Shown here: in pieces, positions 10,715 to 20,510 of the stretch
Numbering within the stretch: the stretch's first letter is position 1
Layout: each line of letters starts with the position of its first letter
DNA from: Phycisphaera sp.
GTDB taxonomy: Bacteria > Planctomycetota > Phycisphaerae > Phycisphaerales > SM1A02
DNA: 64,000 nucleotides
Direction: 5' to 3'
NCBI GenBank assembly: GCA_016124975.1
Contig: WGMP01000011.1
Span: forward strand, 5,693 to 69,692
Notes under the pieces: generated by a model
Told to the model about the DNA's origin: nothing
Seen by the model: only the letters and a program-made list of their open reading frames with translations
The model's database searches: none
Position numbers and translations under genes: made by a program

Positions 10715-11251
10715 TCAGAACGATGCGCTGAGCCGCAGCCACACCACGCCTTCGCCTCGTCCGTCGTTCCACGCGGCGCTCGCGGGGCGCGCCGCATCGC
10801 CGAGCGCGGCGTCGAAGCCCGTCGTCGTGACGGATGCGTTGCGCCAGCCGACGCCGAGATCGGCCGTCCACGAGTCGTCGAGCTTCGTGCGGATCGCGGC
10901 GCCCGTCTGCCACGCGGGCTCGCCCGCGCGAGGGTCGAGCGGCCCCGCGCCTGCGAGCGCCTCCGCGCCGACATGGAGCGAGACTCCGTCGCCGAGTTCC
11001 TGGCGCGCCTCGAGCCCGAACGGACGCTCCGCGCTCCACGCGAGAGACGAGCGGCCCCGACCGTCGAGCGGAAGCGCAAGGGCCGCCTCGCCTCCAAGCG
11101 ACCACGGGCGGACCATCTCGCGCGTGGGCGTCTCGTCTTCGACGCGCTCGAGAGCGAGGCCGCCGAGGCTGTACGCACCTATCGCCAAGGTGGACAGCGC
11201 GAGGAGGGCAACGAGCGTGGACTTCGAACGGGGCATTTTGGTTGGACGCAT
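10715..11251 (-). CDS. Putative small outer-membrane beta-barrel protein
   Basis: Internal ATG at 11251 (MRPTKMPRSKSTLVALLALSTLAIGAYS signal). Alternating beta-like segments and a C-terminal ...VVWLRLSASF aromatic terminus are typical of OMPs. Family not identified. Confidence 0.5.
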   Translation of the reverse strand: MRPTKMPRSKSTLVALLALSTLAIGAYSLGGLALERVEDETPTREMVRPWSLGGEAALALPLDGRGRSSLAWSAERPFGLEARQELGDGVSLHVGAEALAGAGPLDPRAGEPAWQTGAAIRTKLDDSWTADLGVGWRNASVTTTGFDAALGDAARPASAAWNDGRGEGVVWLRLSASF

Positions 11252-11371
11252 GCGGGCGCGCGGCTGTTCCCAATTTCGGCGCCGCGCGTCCCGATCTTTC
11301 GCGTCGCAGGTGCCGCGGTCAACGCCCGAGTCTGCGTCCACGACACATCGGCGCCGTGCTACCGTGCCGCG

Positions 11372-12034
11372 ATGCATCCGATGAGCCCCGCTTTTACGCG
11401 CACCGCCCTTCTCGCCAGCACGCTCGGCCTGGCGCTCGCGGCAGGCTGCGCCACCGCTCCTGCGACGACCGCTTCGCAGGCCGCTCCGTCTGTCAGCGCT
11501 CCCCCCGCAGGCCGCCAGCCCGCCCCGACAGACCCCGCGCTGGCGCCGCTTGCCTTCCTCGAGGGGCACTGGGTGACCGTGCTTCCGAACGGCATGGTGA
11601 GCGAGGAGTCGTGGCTTCCCGCGCGCGGCAAGTCGATGCTCGGCAGCTTCCGCCAGACGCGGACCGACGGAAACCCAGCGTTCTTCGAGTTCACACAGAT
11701 CGTGGCGTCGGAAGGCACGCTGCTCCTCCGACAGATCCATGTCCACACCCGCTTCGAGACCGACGCGCGGCGCAAGGACGCGATGTTCCTCAAGCTCGCC
11801 AAGGCGGAGGACGGCCGCGCCACCTTCGTTCCGATCGCGGACGGCGAGTTCGGCGAGGGGTCGTCGGCGCACGCAGGCGACCTTGCGAGCGTCACCTACG
11901 CCCGCGGCACGAACGCCGACGGCGTCGACATGCTGACCCTGCGCATCGAGTCGCGCCCCGTGAAGGACCCGAAGAACCCCGACGCGGAGCCGAAGCCGCA
12001 GGTGCTTGAGATTGCCATGAAGCGCGCGGAGTGA
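11372..12034 (+). CDS. Lipoprotein of unknown function
   Basis: ATG at 11372 (MHPMSPAFTRTALLASTLGLALAAGC, lipobox-like), followed by a globular part LAFLEGHWVTVLPNGMVSEESW... The upstream part of ORF 10553..12034 is antisense to the EEP and OMP genes. Confidence 0.65.
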   Translation: MHPMSPAFTRTALLASTLGLALAAGCATAPATTASQAAPSVSAPPAGRQPAPTDPALAPLAFLEGHWVTVLPNGMVSEESWLPARGKSMLGSFRQTRTDGNPAFFEFTQIVASEGTLLLRQIHVHTRFETDARRKDAMFLKLAKAEDGRATFVPIADGEFGEGSSAHAGDLASVTYARGTNADGVDMLTLRIESRPVKDPKNPDAEPKPQVLEIAMKRAE

Positions 12035-12049
12035 GGGGAGCGACGGGCC

Positions 12050-13267
12050 TCAGCGCCGCGCGACTCGCTGGAGAATCCCCAGCATCCGCATCGCGAGATT
12101 CGTGCGGTCGTAGTGCTGCGCGGCCTCGAGGCAGCGGGCGCGGAACGCGGCCAGCTCCTCGGGGTGTTCGCGCAGGCGCGTGAGCGCCGTGCAGAGTTCG
12201 TCGGTGTTCTCGGGTTCGAAGGGGATTCCGACGCCCTCCTCGCGAACGATGTCGGCGCTCTCGCCGGCGACTCCGTGGAGGATGGGCAGGCCCATGCCCA
12301 TCGACTCGAAGAGCTTCGAGGGGATGACCGTGGTGAAGAGGTCGGTCTTCTTCAGGTGGATGACGCTGACATCGAGGAGCGACCAGTAGCGCGCGACATC
12401 GGCCTTGGGGACCGAATCGACGAACACCGCGTTGTCGAGCCCCCGCTCGGCGGCCATCTGCTTGAGCGCCTCCTTGCGCGCGCCGTCGCCGAGGAAGAGG
12501 AACGCGATGCCCTTTCCCTTCAGCCGCTCGGCGGCCTCGATGAGCGTCTCGAGGCCGTGTGCGAGCCCATGCGTTCCGATGTAGCCCGCGACGAACTTGC
12601 CCTCGAGGCCGAGCTTCGCCGTGAGCTCCGCGTCCTTCGCACGCGGCTTGAACTGCGAGAGGTCGACGCCGTTGGTGATGACCTCGATCTTGGCGCCGTC
12701 GATGCCGCGGCGAACGAGGATCTCCTTGAAGCTGCGCGTGACCGAGACGACGCACGCGCTCTTTCGGTAGAGGAACATCTCGACCGCCTCGAGGAAGCGG
12801 ATCGCGCGCTCGTTCTTCATGGCGCCGACGGCCTTGATCGACTCGGGCCAGAGGTCGCGCAGCTCGAAGACATACGGCGTGCGCTTGCAGCGGCTCGCGG
12901 CATAGGCGGCGCAGGCGGTGAAGAACTGGGGGCTCGTGCCCACGATCAGGTCGACGCGGCCCACGAAGAGGCTCGCGAGAAACGCGGACACCATGTAGCT
13001 CTGGTAGTCGAGGATGCGGCGCACGAAGCCTTCGTTCGCCGTGATGTACGACCACACGCGGATGACCTCGATGCCCTCGACCGTCTCGCGCTGCCACAGC
13101 TTGTTGCGATAGCCATCGAAGACCTTCCCCTTCGGGAAGTTCGGCGCGCAGGTGACGACGGTGACCTTGTGCCCCGCCTTGACCCATTCGCGGCAGTGCT
13201 CGAAGGTGCGGCTCGCGGGAGCGTTCACCTCTGGCGGGAAGTTGTCTGTGAGGAAGAGGATGCGCAC
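12050..13267 (-). CDS. Glycosyltransferase family 4 (WcaI-like)
   Basis: VRILFLTDNFPPEVNAPASRTFEHCREW... with a C-terminal GT-B EX7E-type region (FESMGMGLPIL). Start assigned to GTG at 13267 (alternative GTG at 13276), overlapping the heparinase-like gene end by about 43 nt. The start is uncertain. Confidence 0.8.
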   Translation of the reverse strand: MRILFLTDNFPPEVNAPASRTFEHCREWVKAGHKVTVVTCAPNFPKGKVFDGYRNKLWQRETVEGIEVIRVWSYITANEGFVRRILDYQSYMVSAFLASLFVGRVDLIVGTSPQFFTACAAYAASRCKRTPYVFELRDLWPESIKAVGAMKNERAIRFLEAVEMFLYRKSACVVSVTRSFKEILVRRGIDGAKIEVITNGVDLSQFKPRAKDAELTAKLGLEGKFVAGYIGTHGLAHGLETLIEAAERLKGKGIAFLFLGDGARKEALKQMAAERGLDNAVFVDSVPKADVARYWSLLDVSVIHLKKTDLFTTVIPSKLFESMGMGLPILHGVAGESADIVREEGVGIPFEPENTDELCTALTRLREHPEELAAFRARCLEAAQHYDRTNLAMRMLGILQRVARR

Positions 13268-14946
13268 GGACGCCACCCGATCGAGATCCTGACCGTCCGA
13301 CCCGAGAAACGGGCGACGGCCTTCGCGTTCGGCAGGGACACGCCGAACCGTGGGGAGTATGTCGACCGAGTTACCCGCCACTCTGCACCCTCTGCCTTCA
13401 ATTCGACAGTGATTTCGCCGTCGGTGGCGAGGAGGCACGCGGGGTCGGAGCCGAGCGAAAGCTCGAAGCCTGGGGCAAAGTGCCAATGTGACTCAGCCTG
13501 GTCCCCCCCTTCGACTTCGTCGATGACCGTGAGCAGGCATTCGCCCGAGAGCACCCAGCCTCGCGTGTGGGTGCCGCCGCCTGAAAGCCGCCTGAAGCCG
13601 TCGTGGGTGCCCCTTGCGCGGCACTCGTGCTCCGTCGAGCCGACGGCCACCCCCGAGACGCGCGCCCGCCTGGCGACGCGGAACCCGCCCCAGACCTCGG
13701 AGCTGTCGGCGCCCGCGATCGTGACCGTGTTGTGCGCCGCCGTGCCCCGCTGCCGCAGGCGTTCGGGCCCGAGCCCGTACTGCGAGATGCCCGAGTTGAC
13801 GAGGACGCGTCGCGCGCCGATCGAGAGCTCGAACGAGAGCGTGTCGGCATGGGCGTGGCCCGGGAGGTAGTCGGGTCCGACCTCGCCGACATCCACGATG
13901 GCGACGGCATCGGCGGCCTCGAGGCGCGCGACGCCGCTCGCGGCGAAATGCGCGACCCTCGGCGCGGGGGCGGCGCCCGAGGAATCGTTCGGGAATCGAT
14001 CGTTCGGAAATCCATCCTTCGGAAATCCAAGTCGGACCGCATACGCCTCAAGTTCGGCGAGCGTCGGCGCGACGCCCCCGACGCTGTCGTTGAAGAACGC
14101 AACCTCGCCGTCGGGGTGGCACACGCCGCGCAGGAACCGCCGCATCGCGTCGATGCGTGCGGCGACCGAGCGCTCGTCAGGCTCCGCGCACACCCCCGGC
14201 CACGCGCGCATTGCGTTCAGCAGGTCGAGCATGTCCTCGACCGCGAGCGCGTGGTACATGGGTGAACGCTCAAACTGCCCGCCATCCTCGAGGATCTGCT
14301 CGGGAATCTCGGCACGGAGGATGCGCCATCCCGTCTCGCGCCACGCGTCCGCCTCGGGCCCCTCGAAGAAGAGCCCTGCGATCACGAGCGCCTTCGCGTT
14401 CACGAAGAGATGGTTCCCGAGAAGATGCCACTCGAGCCGCCTCGTGAGGAAGCGCGCCTGCGCGGCGAGGCTGTCGAGCATGCCCTCGACGGGCTCGTTT
14501 CCCGCGCGCAGCCACTTGATCCAGTTCACGATGCGCAGCGAGGTCGGATACGGCTCCCACGCGGTGCCCTTTCCAGGCGGGCACTCGCGCATCCAGCGGG
14601 CGATCAGCTCGTGATGCCACGCAGTGCGCGCGGCCGCGCCGAATGCGCAGAGGTCGTCGAAGTAGTGCTGGTTGTAGCGCCAGAGCTTCGCGAGATCCTT
14701 GTTGTCCCAGCCATGGACATCGAGGTCGCGCTCCTCGTTCAGGAAGCGCATCTGGGTCGGCGCGACGAGGCTCTGCTCGCGGCGCGCGGGCTCCGCCCAT
14801 GTACCCGTCATCGCGCGCGGCGCAGGCGCGGGGCGAAGATCGGGCCGCGGTCTCGCGAGGCGAAAGCGCACGCGGCCGTAGACCTGCACCGGCTTGAGCC
14901 AGCGCACGGTGTTCCAGAACCGCAGTGCCTTCGCGATCGGATTCAT
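13225..14946 (-). CDS. Heparinase II/III-like (alginate-lyase fold) protein of polysaccharide loci
   Basis: Motifs WEPYPTSLRIVNWIKW, GNHLFVNAKAL, ERSPMYHA and HAHADTLSFEL. The ATG at 14946 (MNPIAKALRFW) is preferred over the TTG at 14958. It contains a short FPKD/FPND/FPND peptide repeat. Confidence 0.85.
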   Translation of the reverse strand: MNPIAKALRFWNTVRWLKPVQVYGRVRFRLARPRPDLRPAPAPRAMTGTWAEPARREQSLVAPTQMRFLNEERDLDVHGWDNKDLAKLWRYNQHYFDDLCAFGAAARTAWHHELIARWMRECPPGKGTAWEPYPTSLRIVNWIKWLRAGNEPVEGMLDSLAAQARFLTRRLEWHLLGNHLFVNAKALVIAGLFFEGPEADAWRETGWRILRAEIPEQILEDGGQFERSPMYHALAVEDMLDLLNAMRAWPGVCAEPDERSVAARIDAMRRFLRGVCHPDGEVAFFNDSVGGVAPTLAELEAYAVRLGFPKDGFPNDRFPNDSSGAAPAPRVAHFAASGVARLEAADAVAIVDVGEVGPDYLPGHAHADTLSFELSIGARRVLVNSGISQYGLGPERLRQRGTAAHNTVTIAGADSSEVWGGFRVARRARVSGVAVGSTEHECRARGTHDGFRRLSGGGTHTRGWVLSGECLLTVIDEVEGGDQAESHWHFAPGFELSLGSDPACLLATDGEITVELKAEGAEWRVTRSTYSPRFGVSLPNAKAVARFSGRTVRISIGWRPCASSSSQTTSRQR

Positions 14947-14982
14947 GTCTCTCGTCAAGTCCCTGTTCAGGCGCGCTGCGCG

Positions 14983-16083
14983 TCAGGCGAGCAACTTCTC
15001 GAGATGCTCCACGATGCGCTCGCTCGTCTTCCCGTCCCAGAGCGGCGGGATGCCGCCCTTCTTCCACTCGCCCGCAAAGAGGCGGTCGAGCGCGGGCTTG
15101 AGTGCGGCGGGGTTCGTCCCGATGAGCTCGTTCGTGCCGAGCTCGATCGTCTCGGGGCGCTCGGTGTTGTCGCGCATCGTGAGGCACGGAACGCCCATCA
15201 CCGTCGTCTCCTCGGTGATGCCGCCCGAGTCGGTGATGACCGCCTTCGCGTGCTTCACGAGGTAGTTGAACTCGAGGTAGGGCTGCGGATCGACGAGCTT
15301 GAGGCTCTCGGGCAGGCCGCCCATGTCGCGCATCGTCTTCGCGGTGCGCGGGTGCACGGGGAAGACGACGGGTTCGCCGCGCGTTCCCGCGATGATCGCG
15401 TCGAGGAGCTTCGTGAAGGTGCTGCCCGAGTCCACATTCGCAGGGCGGTGCATCGTCATCACGAAGTACGACTTCGGCCTGAGGCCGAGCTCGTCGAAGA
15501 ACGCGGGCTTCGACAGGCGCGGCATGTTCGCCAGCAGCGTGTCGATCATCGTGTTGCCGACGAAGAAGATGCGGTCTTCGCCGACGCCCGCCGCGCGCAG
15601 GTTGCGGTTCGCGTGCTCGCTCGTCGTGAAGAAGAAGTTGGTGATCGCGTCGGTCACCATGCGGTTGATCTCCTCGGGCATCGTCCAGTCGCCCGAGCGG
15701 ATGCCCGCCTCGACATGCGCCACCTTCACCCAGAGCTTCTGCGCGGCGATCGCGCAGGCCATCGTGCTCGTCACATCGCCGACGACGAGGCAGAGCGCGG
15801 GCTTCTTCTCAAGCAGCAGCTTCTCGTATCGCGTCATGATCGACGCGGTCTGCTCGGCGTGCGAGCCCGAGCCGACCTCGAGGTTGACATCGGGCGCGGG
15901 AATGCCGAGCTGGCGGAAGAAGTCGCCCGACATCTTCTCGTCGTAGTGCTGGCCCGTGTGGACGAGGCGGAAGCGGATCGGTCCGCCCCGCTTCTCCTGC
16001 GCCTGGATCGCGTGGATGATCGGCGCGATCTTCATGAAGTTCGGGCGTGCGCCCGCGATGATGTCGACGAGAATCGTGCTCAT
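14983..16083 (-). CDS. wecB: UDP-N-acetylglucosamine 2-epimerase (non-hydrolysing)
   Basis: The full-length 366-aa sequence has typical WecB features: IIAGARPNFMKIAPI, HTGQHYD, LVVGDVTST, HVEAG.R and ITDSGG..EE. Confidence 0.9.
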   Translation of the reverse strand: MSTILVDIIAGARPNFMKIAPIIHAIQAQEKRGGPIRFRLVHTGQHYDEKMSGDFFRQLGIPAPDVNLEVGSGSHAEQTASIMTRYEKLLLEKKPALCLVVGDVTSTMACAIAAQKLWVKVAHVEAGIRSGDWTMPEEINRMVTDAITNFFFTTSEHANRNLRAAGVGEDRIFFVGNTMIDTLLANMPRLSKPAFFDELGLRPKSYFVMTMHRPANVDSGSTFTKLLDAIIAGTRGEPVVFPVHPRTAKTMRDMGGLPESLKLVDPQPYLEFNYLVKHAKAVITDSGGITEETTVMGVPCLTMRDNTERPETIELGTNELIGTNPAALKPALDRLFAGEWKKGGIPPLWDGKTSERIVEHLEKLLA

Positions 16084-16105
16084 GCTTTCACCGGGAATCG
16101 TTGGT

Positions 16106-18271
16106 TCAACCGCTCGTGCGCGCGAGGTCCGCCGCGGCGATGGTCGCCTCGGCGACCTCGATCAGCTCCTCGAACGGGATCGGCGACGCGCCGCCCGACG
16201 CGACGGCGTCGACGAACGCCGCGGCGCAGGCCTTCTGGCCCTTGTCCTGGCTCCACAGGTTCATCTTCGAGAACTTCGGCCAACCGAAGCCCGTCATCCT
16301 GCGGTAGTTGTCGAGCTGGATCACGCGGCCCTGCGCGAAGACCTCGAGCCGCTCCTTGGGGAACGACTTCGGACCGTTCGCGAAGTAGTGCACCGTGCCG
16401 ATCGAGCCGTCTGCGAAGCCGAGTTCGATCGAGACCGTGTCGTCAGACTTTGCGTCCATCGCGTGGGCGCGGACGCTCGTGATGCGCTCGCCCGCGAGGA
16501 AGCGCAGCAGGTCGATGAAGTGGCAGCCCTCGCCGACGATGCGGCCGCCGCCGACATCGCGGTCCTGCGTCCAGTGCTCGGCGGGAATCGCGCCCGCGTT
16601 CACCGTCATGATGAACGACTTCGGCCCGGCCGCGCCCTTGAGGAGCGCCTTGAGATGCGCGACCTGCGGCGCGAAGCGCCGGTTGAAGCCGACCATCACG
16701 ATCGGAGCCTTGCCCTTCGCGGCGCACTCGGCGCGCGCAGCCTCGATCTCGCGCAGTTCCTCTGTCTTGAGCGCGATCGGCTTCTCGACGAAGACATGCT
16801 TGCCCGCGCGCAGCGCCTGGCACACCATCGAGGCGTGCGAGTCGTGCCGCGTCGAGATCACGATCGCGTTCACGCTCTCGTCGCGGAAGACGCCGTCGGT
16901 GTCGGTGGTGGTCTGCTCGAAGCCGAACTTGCGGCCCGCGTGCAGGCCGCTCACGCCGCCGCTCGAGGCGACGGTGCGCAGGCGCGCGCCCGACTCCTTG
17001 AACGCAGGGATCAGCACGGCGGTCGCATAGTTGCCCGAGCCGATGAAGCCGATCGACGCGGCGCCCTTCGCGGGCGGCGTCGCGGGCTTCGGAAGCTCGA
17101 CCGAGGTGCGGCGCACCTCTGCGTCGGGCTTCGTCTCGGGCGTCGGATACTCAAGCAGGATGCCGAGGCTCGGCGCGCCTTCCGCGACGATCTCGTAGGC
17201 GTCCACGGCGTCCGCGATCGGGAAGCGGTGCGAGATGAGCGGCTTCACGTCGAGCCTGCCGTCCGACATCATGTCGAGCACGGCCTCGAAGTTGCGCTGC
17301 TCGGTCCAGCGGACGAAGCCGACGGGGTAGTCGTTGCCGCGCTCCTCGTAGTTCGGGTCGTAGCGGCCCGGGCCGTACGAGCACGAGACCTGGAAGGTGA
17401 GCTCCTTCTCGAAGAAATCGGCGCGAGAGAGCGCGAGGCCCGTGACGCCGACGAGGACGATGCGCCCGCGCTTGCGGCACATGAGCGCCGCCTGGTGCAT
17501 CGGCTCGTTCGACGGGGTGCTGGCGGTGATGATGACGGCGTCGACCCCTCGTCCGCGCGAGTAGGCCTGCGCCGCGGCGACGGGGTCCTGGCCTGCGCCG
17601 ATGTTCACGACATCCGCGCCGAACTTCCTCGCGAGCTCGAGCTTCGCGGGGTCGAAGTCGAGCCCGAGCACGCGGCAACCGTGCGCGCGCAGGAGTTGCA
17701 CCGTCACCTGCCCGATGAGGCCGAGGCCCGTGACGACCACCGTCTCGCCGAGCGTGGGCTGCACGAGGCGGATTCCCTGCAGCGCGATCGCGCCAAGCAC
17801 GGTGAACGCAGCCTCTTCGTCCGAGACATTGTCGGGAACGCGCGCGCTGAGGTTGACGGGCACGCACACGGCCTCGGCGTGCTTTCCGTTCGACACGATG
17901 CGGTCGCCCGCGGCGTAGCCGACGAGCCCGCTGCCGACCTCCATCACGCGGCCCACATTGCAGTAGCCGAGCGGCAGCGGCTGGTCGAGCTTGTTGAACA
18001 CGGCCTCGAGCGTCGGCATGAGGCCGTCGGTCTTGATCTTGTCCCACACCATGCGCACCTTGTCGGGCTGCTGGCGCGCCTTCGAGATCCAGCCCGCCTT
18101 GCCGAACTCGACGAGCATGCGCTCGGTGCCGACCGACACCAGCGTGCGCGAGGTGCGGACAAGCAGATGACCGCGCTTCACCGCGGGGCAAGGCACTTCT
18201 GCGATCTCGGTCGATCCGTTCTTGAGGGACTGCAGGATCTGTTTCACGGGGATCTCGCTCTGGTTCACCAC
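16106..18271 (-). CDS. Bi-domain oxidoreductase (MDR/zinc-ADH-like N-terminal domain plus Gfo/Idh/MocA C-terminal domain)
   Basis: The N-terminal half has GYCNVGRVMEVGSG and VVTGLGLIGQ (Rossmann). The C-terminal half has IGFIGSGNYATAVLIPAF and EKPIAL, typical of Gfo/Idh/MocA. GTG start. Confidence 0.85.
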   Translation of the reverse strand: MVNQSEIPVKQILQSLKNGSTEIAEVPCPAVKRGHLLVRTSRTLVSVGTERMLVEFGKAGWISKARQQPDKVRMVWDKIKTDGLMPTLEAVFNKLDQPLPLGYCNVGRVMEVGSGLVGYAAGDRIVSNGKHAEAVCVPVNLSARVPDNVSDEEAAFTVLGAIALQGIRLVQPTLGETVVVTGLGLIGQVTVQLLRAHGCRVLGLDFDPAKLELARKFGADVVNIGAGQDPVAAAQAYSRGRGVDAVIITASTPSNEPMHQAALMCRKRGRIVLVGVTGLALSRADFFEKELTFQVSCSYGPGRYDPNYEERGNDYPVGFVRWTEQRNFEAVLDMMSDGRLDVKPLISHRFPIADAVDAYEIVAEGAPSLGILLEYPTPETKPDAEVRRTSVELPKPATPPAKGAASIGFIGSGNYATAVLIPAFKESGARLRTVASSGGVSGLHAGRKFGFEQTTTDTDGVFRDESVNAIVISTRHDSHASMVCQALRAGKHVFVEKPIALKTEELREIEAARAECAAKGKAPIVMVGFNRRFAPQVAHLKALLKGAAGPKSFIMTVNAGAIPAEHWTQDRDVGGGRIVGEGCHFIDLLRFLAGERITSVRAHAMDAKSDDTVSIELGFADGSIGTVHYFANGPKSFPKERLEVFAQGRVIQLDNYRRMTGFGWPKFSKMNLWSQDKGQKACAAAFVDAVASGGASPIPFEELIEVAEATIAAADLARTSG

Positions 18272-18393
18272 GGTGCGCCTCCGCGAGAGTCACTCTCGCG
18301 GCCCGCGGGTTCGTACTATCGGCACGGTCGGTTCGCGGGACGCGTTGAAACCTTCAGGGACGGGTGCTTTTCCCGTTGAGCGCGGGGGCTGCG

Positions 18394-20298
18394 TTATCTG
18401 GCCGCGCCGTCCACGAACTTCCTGCACCAGATTTCGATCGAAAGGAGCGACAGCAGCGTGTAGTTCGCGTCGATGCGACCCTCTTCGTTCGCCTGCATGA
18501 GGCGCGCGACGGCCTCGGGGTCAAAGAGACCGCGTTTGCGCAGGCTGTCGGGGCCGAGCAGGTCGCCGACGAGCGGGCGCAGCTCGTCGCGCATCCAGCG
18601 CCGCAGCGGCGCGCCGAAGCCCGACTTCGGGCGGTAGATCACATCGTGCGGGAGATAGGGCTCCATCGCCTTCTTGAAGACCCATTTGCCGACGGCGCCC
18701 TTCTGCTTGATGTGCGTCGGGATACGCGCGGCAAACTCGACGAGCTCGAGGTCGAGGAGCGGCACGCGCACCTCGACGCCGACGGCCATCGACATCTTGT
18801 CCGTGTAGGGAAGGTTGTGGTCGGAGAGGAAGAAGCGCTGCTCGAGCGCGAGCATCCGCTCGAGCGGCGGAAGCGACGCGGGCAAGGGCTTCATGAAGTC
18901 GAGCATCGGCGCGAGCGCGGTGGCGCCGCCGAGCTCGGCGCGCGCGGACGGCGAGTAGAGCGAAAGAAGCGTGTCCTCGCGCGCCCAGCGGAAGTAGTTC
19001 GCGATGCGCGCGTCGCCCGAAAGGCCCGCGCCGTCGAAGAGCTTCGCGAGCCGTCGCGAAGTGGCGCGCCGCTGGTCAAGCCGCCCCGTCGCGCCCTCGA
19101 TCGCGCGGCGCGCGCCTTCGGGCAGCCAGCTCCACCAACGCTCGAGCTCGACCGCGCGGTGGCGGCGGTAGCCCGTGAAGAGATCGTCGCCGCCCGCGCC
19201 CGAGAGCAGCACCTTCATGCCGTTCTTCCGCGCAAGCTCGCAGATGTAGAGGACATTGAGGGGCGCCGGGTCCGCGAGCGGCTCGTCGAGCTGCCAGATC
19301 ATGCGCTCGATGTCGCCCGCCATTCGGCTGGCCTCGATCTCCACCGTGTGGAGCTTCACGCCGAGATGCCTCGCGACCGCCTCGGCGTAGGGCAGGTCGT
19401 CCGCCACGCCCTGCTCCGCGCCGCCGATCTGTCGGATGGTGAAGCACTGGAGATCGGGCGAGATCTCGCGGGCGAACGCCACGACCGCGCTCGAGTCGAG
19501 GCCGCCCGACAGGAATGCGCCCACAGGAACATCGGCGACCATCTGGCGCTGCACCGCCGCGCGCACGAAGCGCTCTGTGCCCTCGACCGACGCGCGCTCG
19601 TCGAGGTCGCGCGCCACCTCGCGGAACGCGGGAAGCCGATACCAGGTGAAGCGGCGTTCGATGTTGCCCGCGCGCAGCACCATGGCCTCTCCTGGAAGGA
19701 GCTTGCGCACGGCCTTCAGCGGCGTGCCTTCGCCGGGGCACCAGAGGAAGCTGAGATAGCGGTGCAGCGACGCGACATCGAGTTCGCGCGACGCGGGCGC
19801 GAGCGCGAGCAGACCCTTGATCTCGCTCGCAAACGCCACGCCTCGCGGAGACGCCGTGTAGTAGAGCGGCTTCACGCCGAGCGCATCGCGCGCGACGAGC
19901 GTCGCGCCGATGCGCGCGTCGAAGATCGCGATGGTGAAGATGCCGTTCAGCCGCGGCAGCATCTTCTCACCCTCCTCGAGATAGAGATGGAGGATCACCT
20001 CGGTGTCGGAGTGGCCGCGGAAGGCGTGACCCTTCGCCTCAAGCTCCTTGCGGAGCTCGCGGTAGTTGTAGATCTCGCCGTTGAAGACGAGCTGCACGGC
20101 GCCGCCGAGCGCCTCCATGGGCTGGTGGCCGAGCGGCGAGAGGTCGATGATCGAAAGCCTCGCATGGCCGAGGCCGACCGCGGCCGCCCCGTCCACGAAC
20201 ACGCCCGAGTCGTCGGGGCCGCGATGCGCGATCGCGGCGACGCCCGCCCGCAACGCGGAAGGCTCGAAGGATCCTGAGTAGCCGATGATGCCGCACAT
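18394..20298 (-). CDS. Asparagine synthase (glutamine-hydrolysing)-like amidotransferase of polysaccharide loci
   Basis: Start at the internal ATG at 20298, giving MCGIIGY (N-terminal nucleophile Cys2). It carries the PP-loop FLSGGLDSS. The upstream 115 codons of ORF 18394..20643 are Arg/Gly-rich noise. Confidence 0.9.
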   Translation of the reverse strand: MCGIIGYSGSFEPSALRAGVAAIAHRGPDDSGVFVDGAAAVGLGHARLSIIDLSPLGHQPMEALGGAVQLVFNGEIYNYRELRKELEAKGHAFRGHSDTEVILHLYLEEGEKMLPRLNGIFTIAIFDARIGATLVARDALGVKPLYYTASPRGVAFASEIKGLLALAPASRELDVASLHRYLSFLWCPGEGTPLKAVRKLLPGEAMVLRAGNIERRFTWYRLPAFREVARDLDERASVEGTERFVRAAVQRQMVADVPVGAFLSGGLDSSAVVAFAREISPDLQCFTIRQIGGAEQGVADDLPYAEAVARHLGVKLHTVEIEASRMAGDIERMIWQLDEPLADPAPLNVLYICELARKNGMKVLLSGAGGDDLFTGYRRHRAVELERWWSWLPEGARRAIEGATGRLDQRRATSRRLAKLFDGAGLSGDARIANYFRWAREDTLLSLYSPSARAELGGATALAPMLDFMKPLPASLPPLERMLALEQRFFLSDHNLPYTDKMSMAVGVEVRVPLLDLELVEFAARIPTHIKQKGAVGKWVFKKAMEPYLPHDVIYRPKSGFGAPLRRWMRDELRPLVGDLLGPDSLRKRGLFDPEAVARLMQANEEGRIDANYTLLSLLSIEIWCRKFVDGAAR

Positions 20299-20510
20299 GG
20301 TGAGGGGAGCCGAAGACGGACGGCAGATGCGCGAGGTTCGCGCAGGCGGCCGTGGGACGGGACTTCCATCGGATGGCACGCGGGACGAGTCGACACAAAT
20401 CGTGCGGGAGCGCGCGGGGCGCCCTGCCAACCGTCGAGAGGATCGATAACTCATCCCCACCTCGCCGCCTCCACGCCCGCGCGAGCCGCCGCCGCCCGTA
20501 CGCTCCCACG

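Noticed and set aside
9632-12009. ORFs 9632..10519, 9649..10731, 9888..11273, 10671..11384 and 10834..12009
   Set aside because: All show extreme Arg/Ala/Pro composition and overlap the EEP, OMP-like and lipoprotein genes, which have signal peptides and catalytic motifs. They are treated as non-coding frames.
13225-13276. A 43-52-nt same-strand overlap between the heparinase-like gene end and the GT4 start, considered as evidence of a frameshift or fusion
   Set aside because: Both proteins look complete at the relevant ends. The GT4 N-terminus (VRILFLTDNFPPE) matches the usual family start. The overlap is most simply explained by a GTG start inside the upstream gene. I cannot exclude a slightly different start.
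13975-14035. Short DNA/peptide repeat (GFPKDGFPNDRFPNDS) inside the heparinase-like gene
   Set aside because: It is only about three imperfect 15-nt units within a loop-like region of a well-supported gene. It is likely a trivial slippage expansion without independent function.
14410-20277. Long + strand ORFs 14410..16482, 15956..18379 and 18364..20277, opposite the polysaccharide cassette
   Set aside because: They are antisense to wecB, the bi-domain oxidoreductase and asnB, all of which have unambiguous family signatures. The + strand translations are Arg/Glu/Asp/Ala-rich without motifs.
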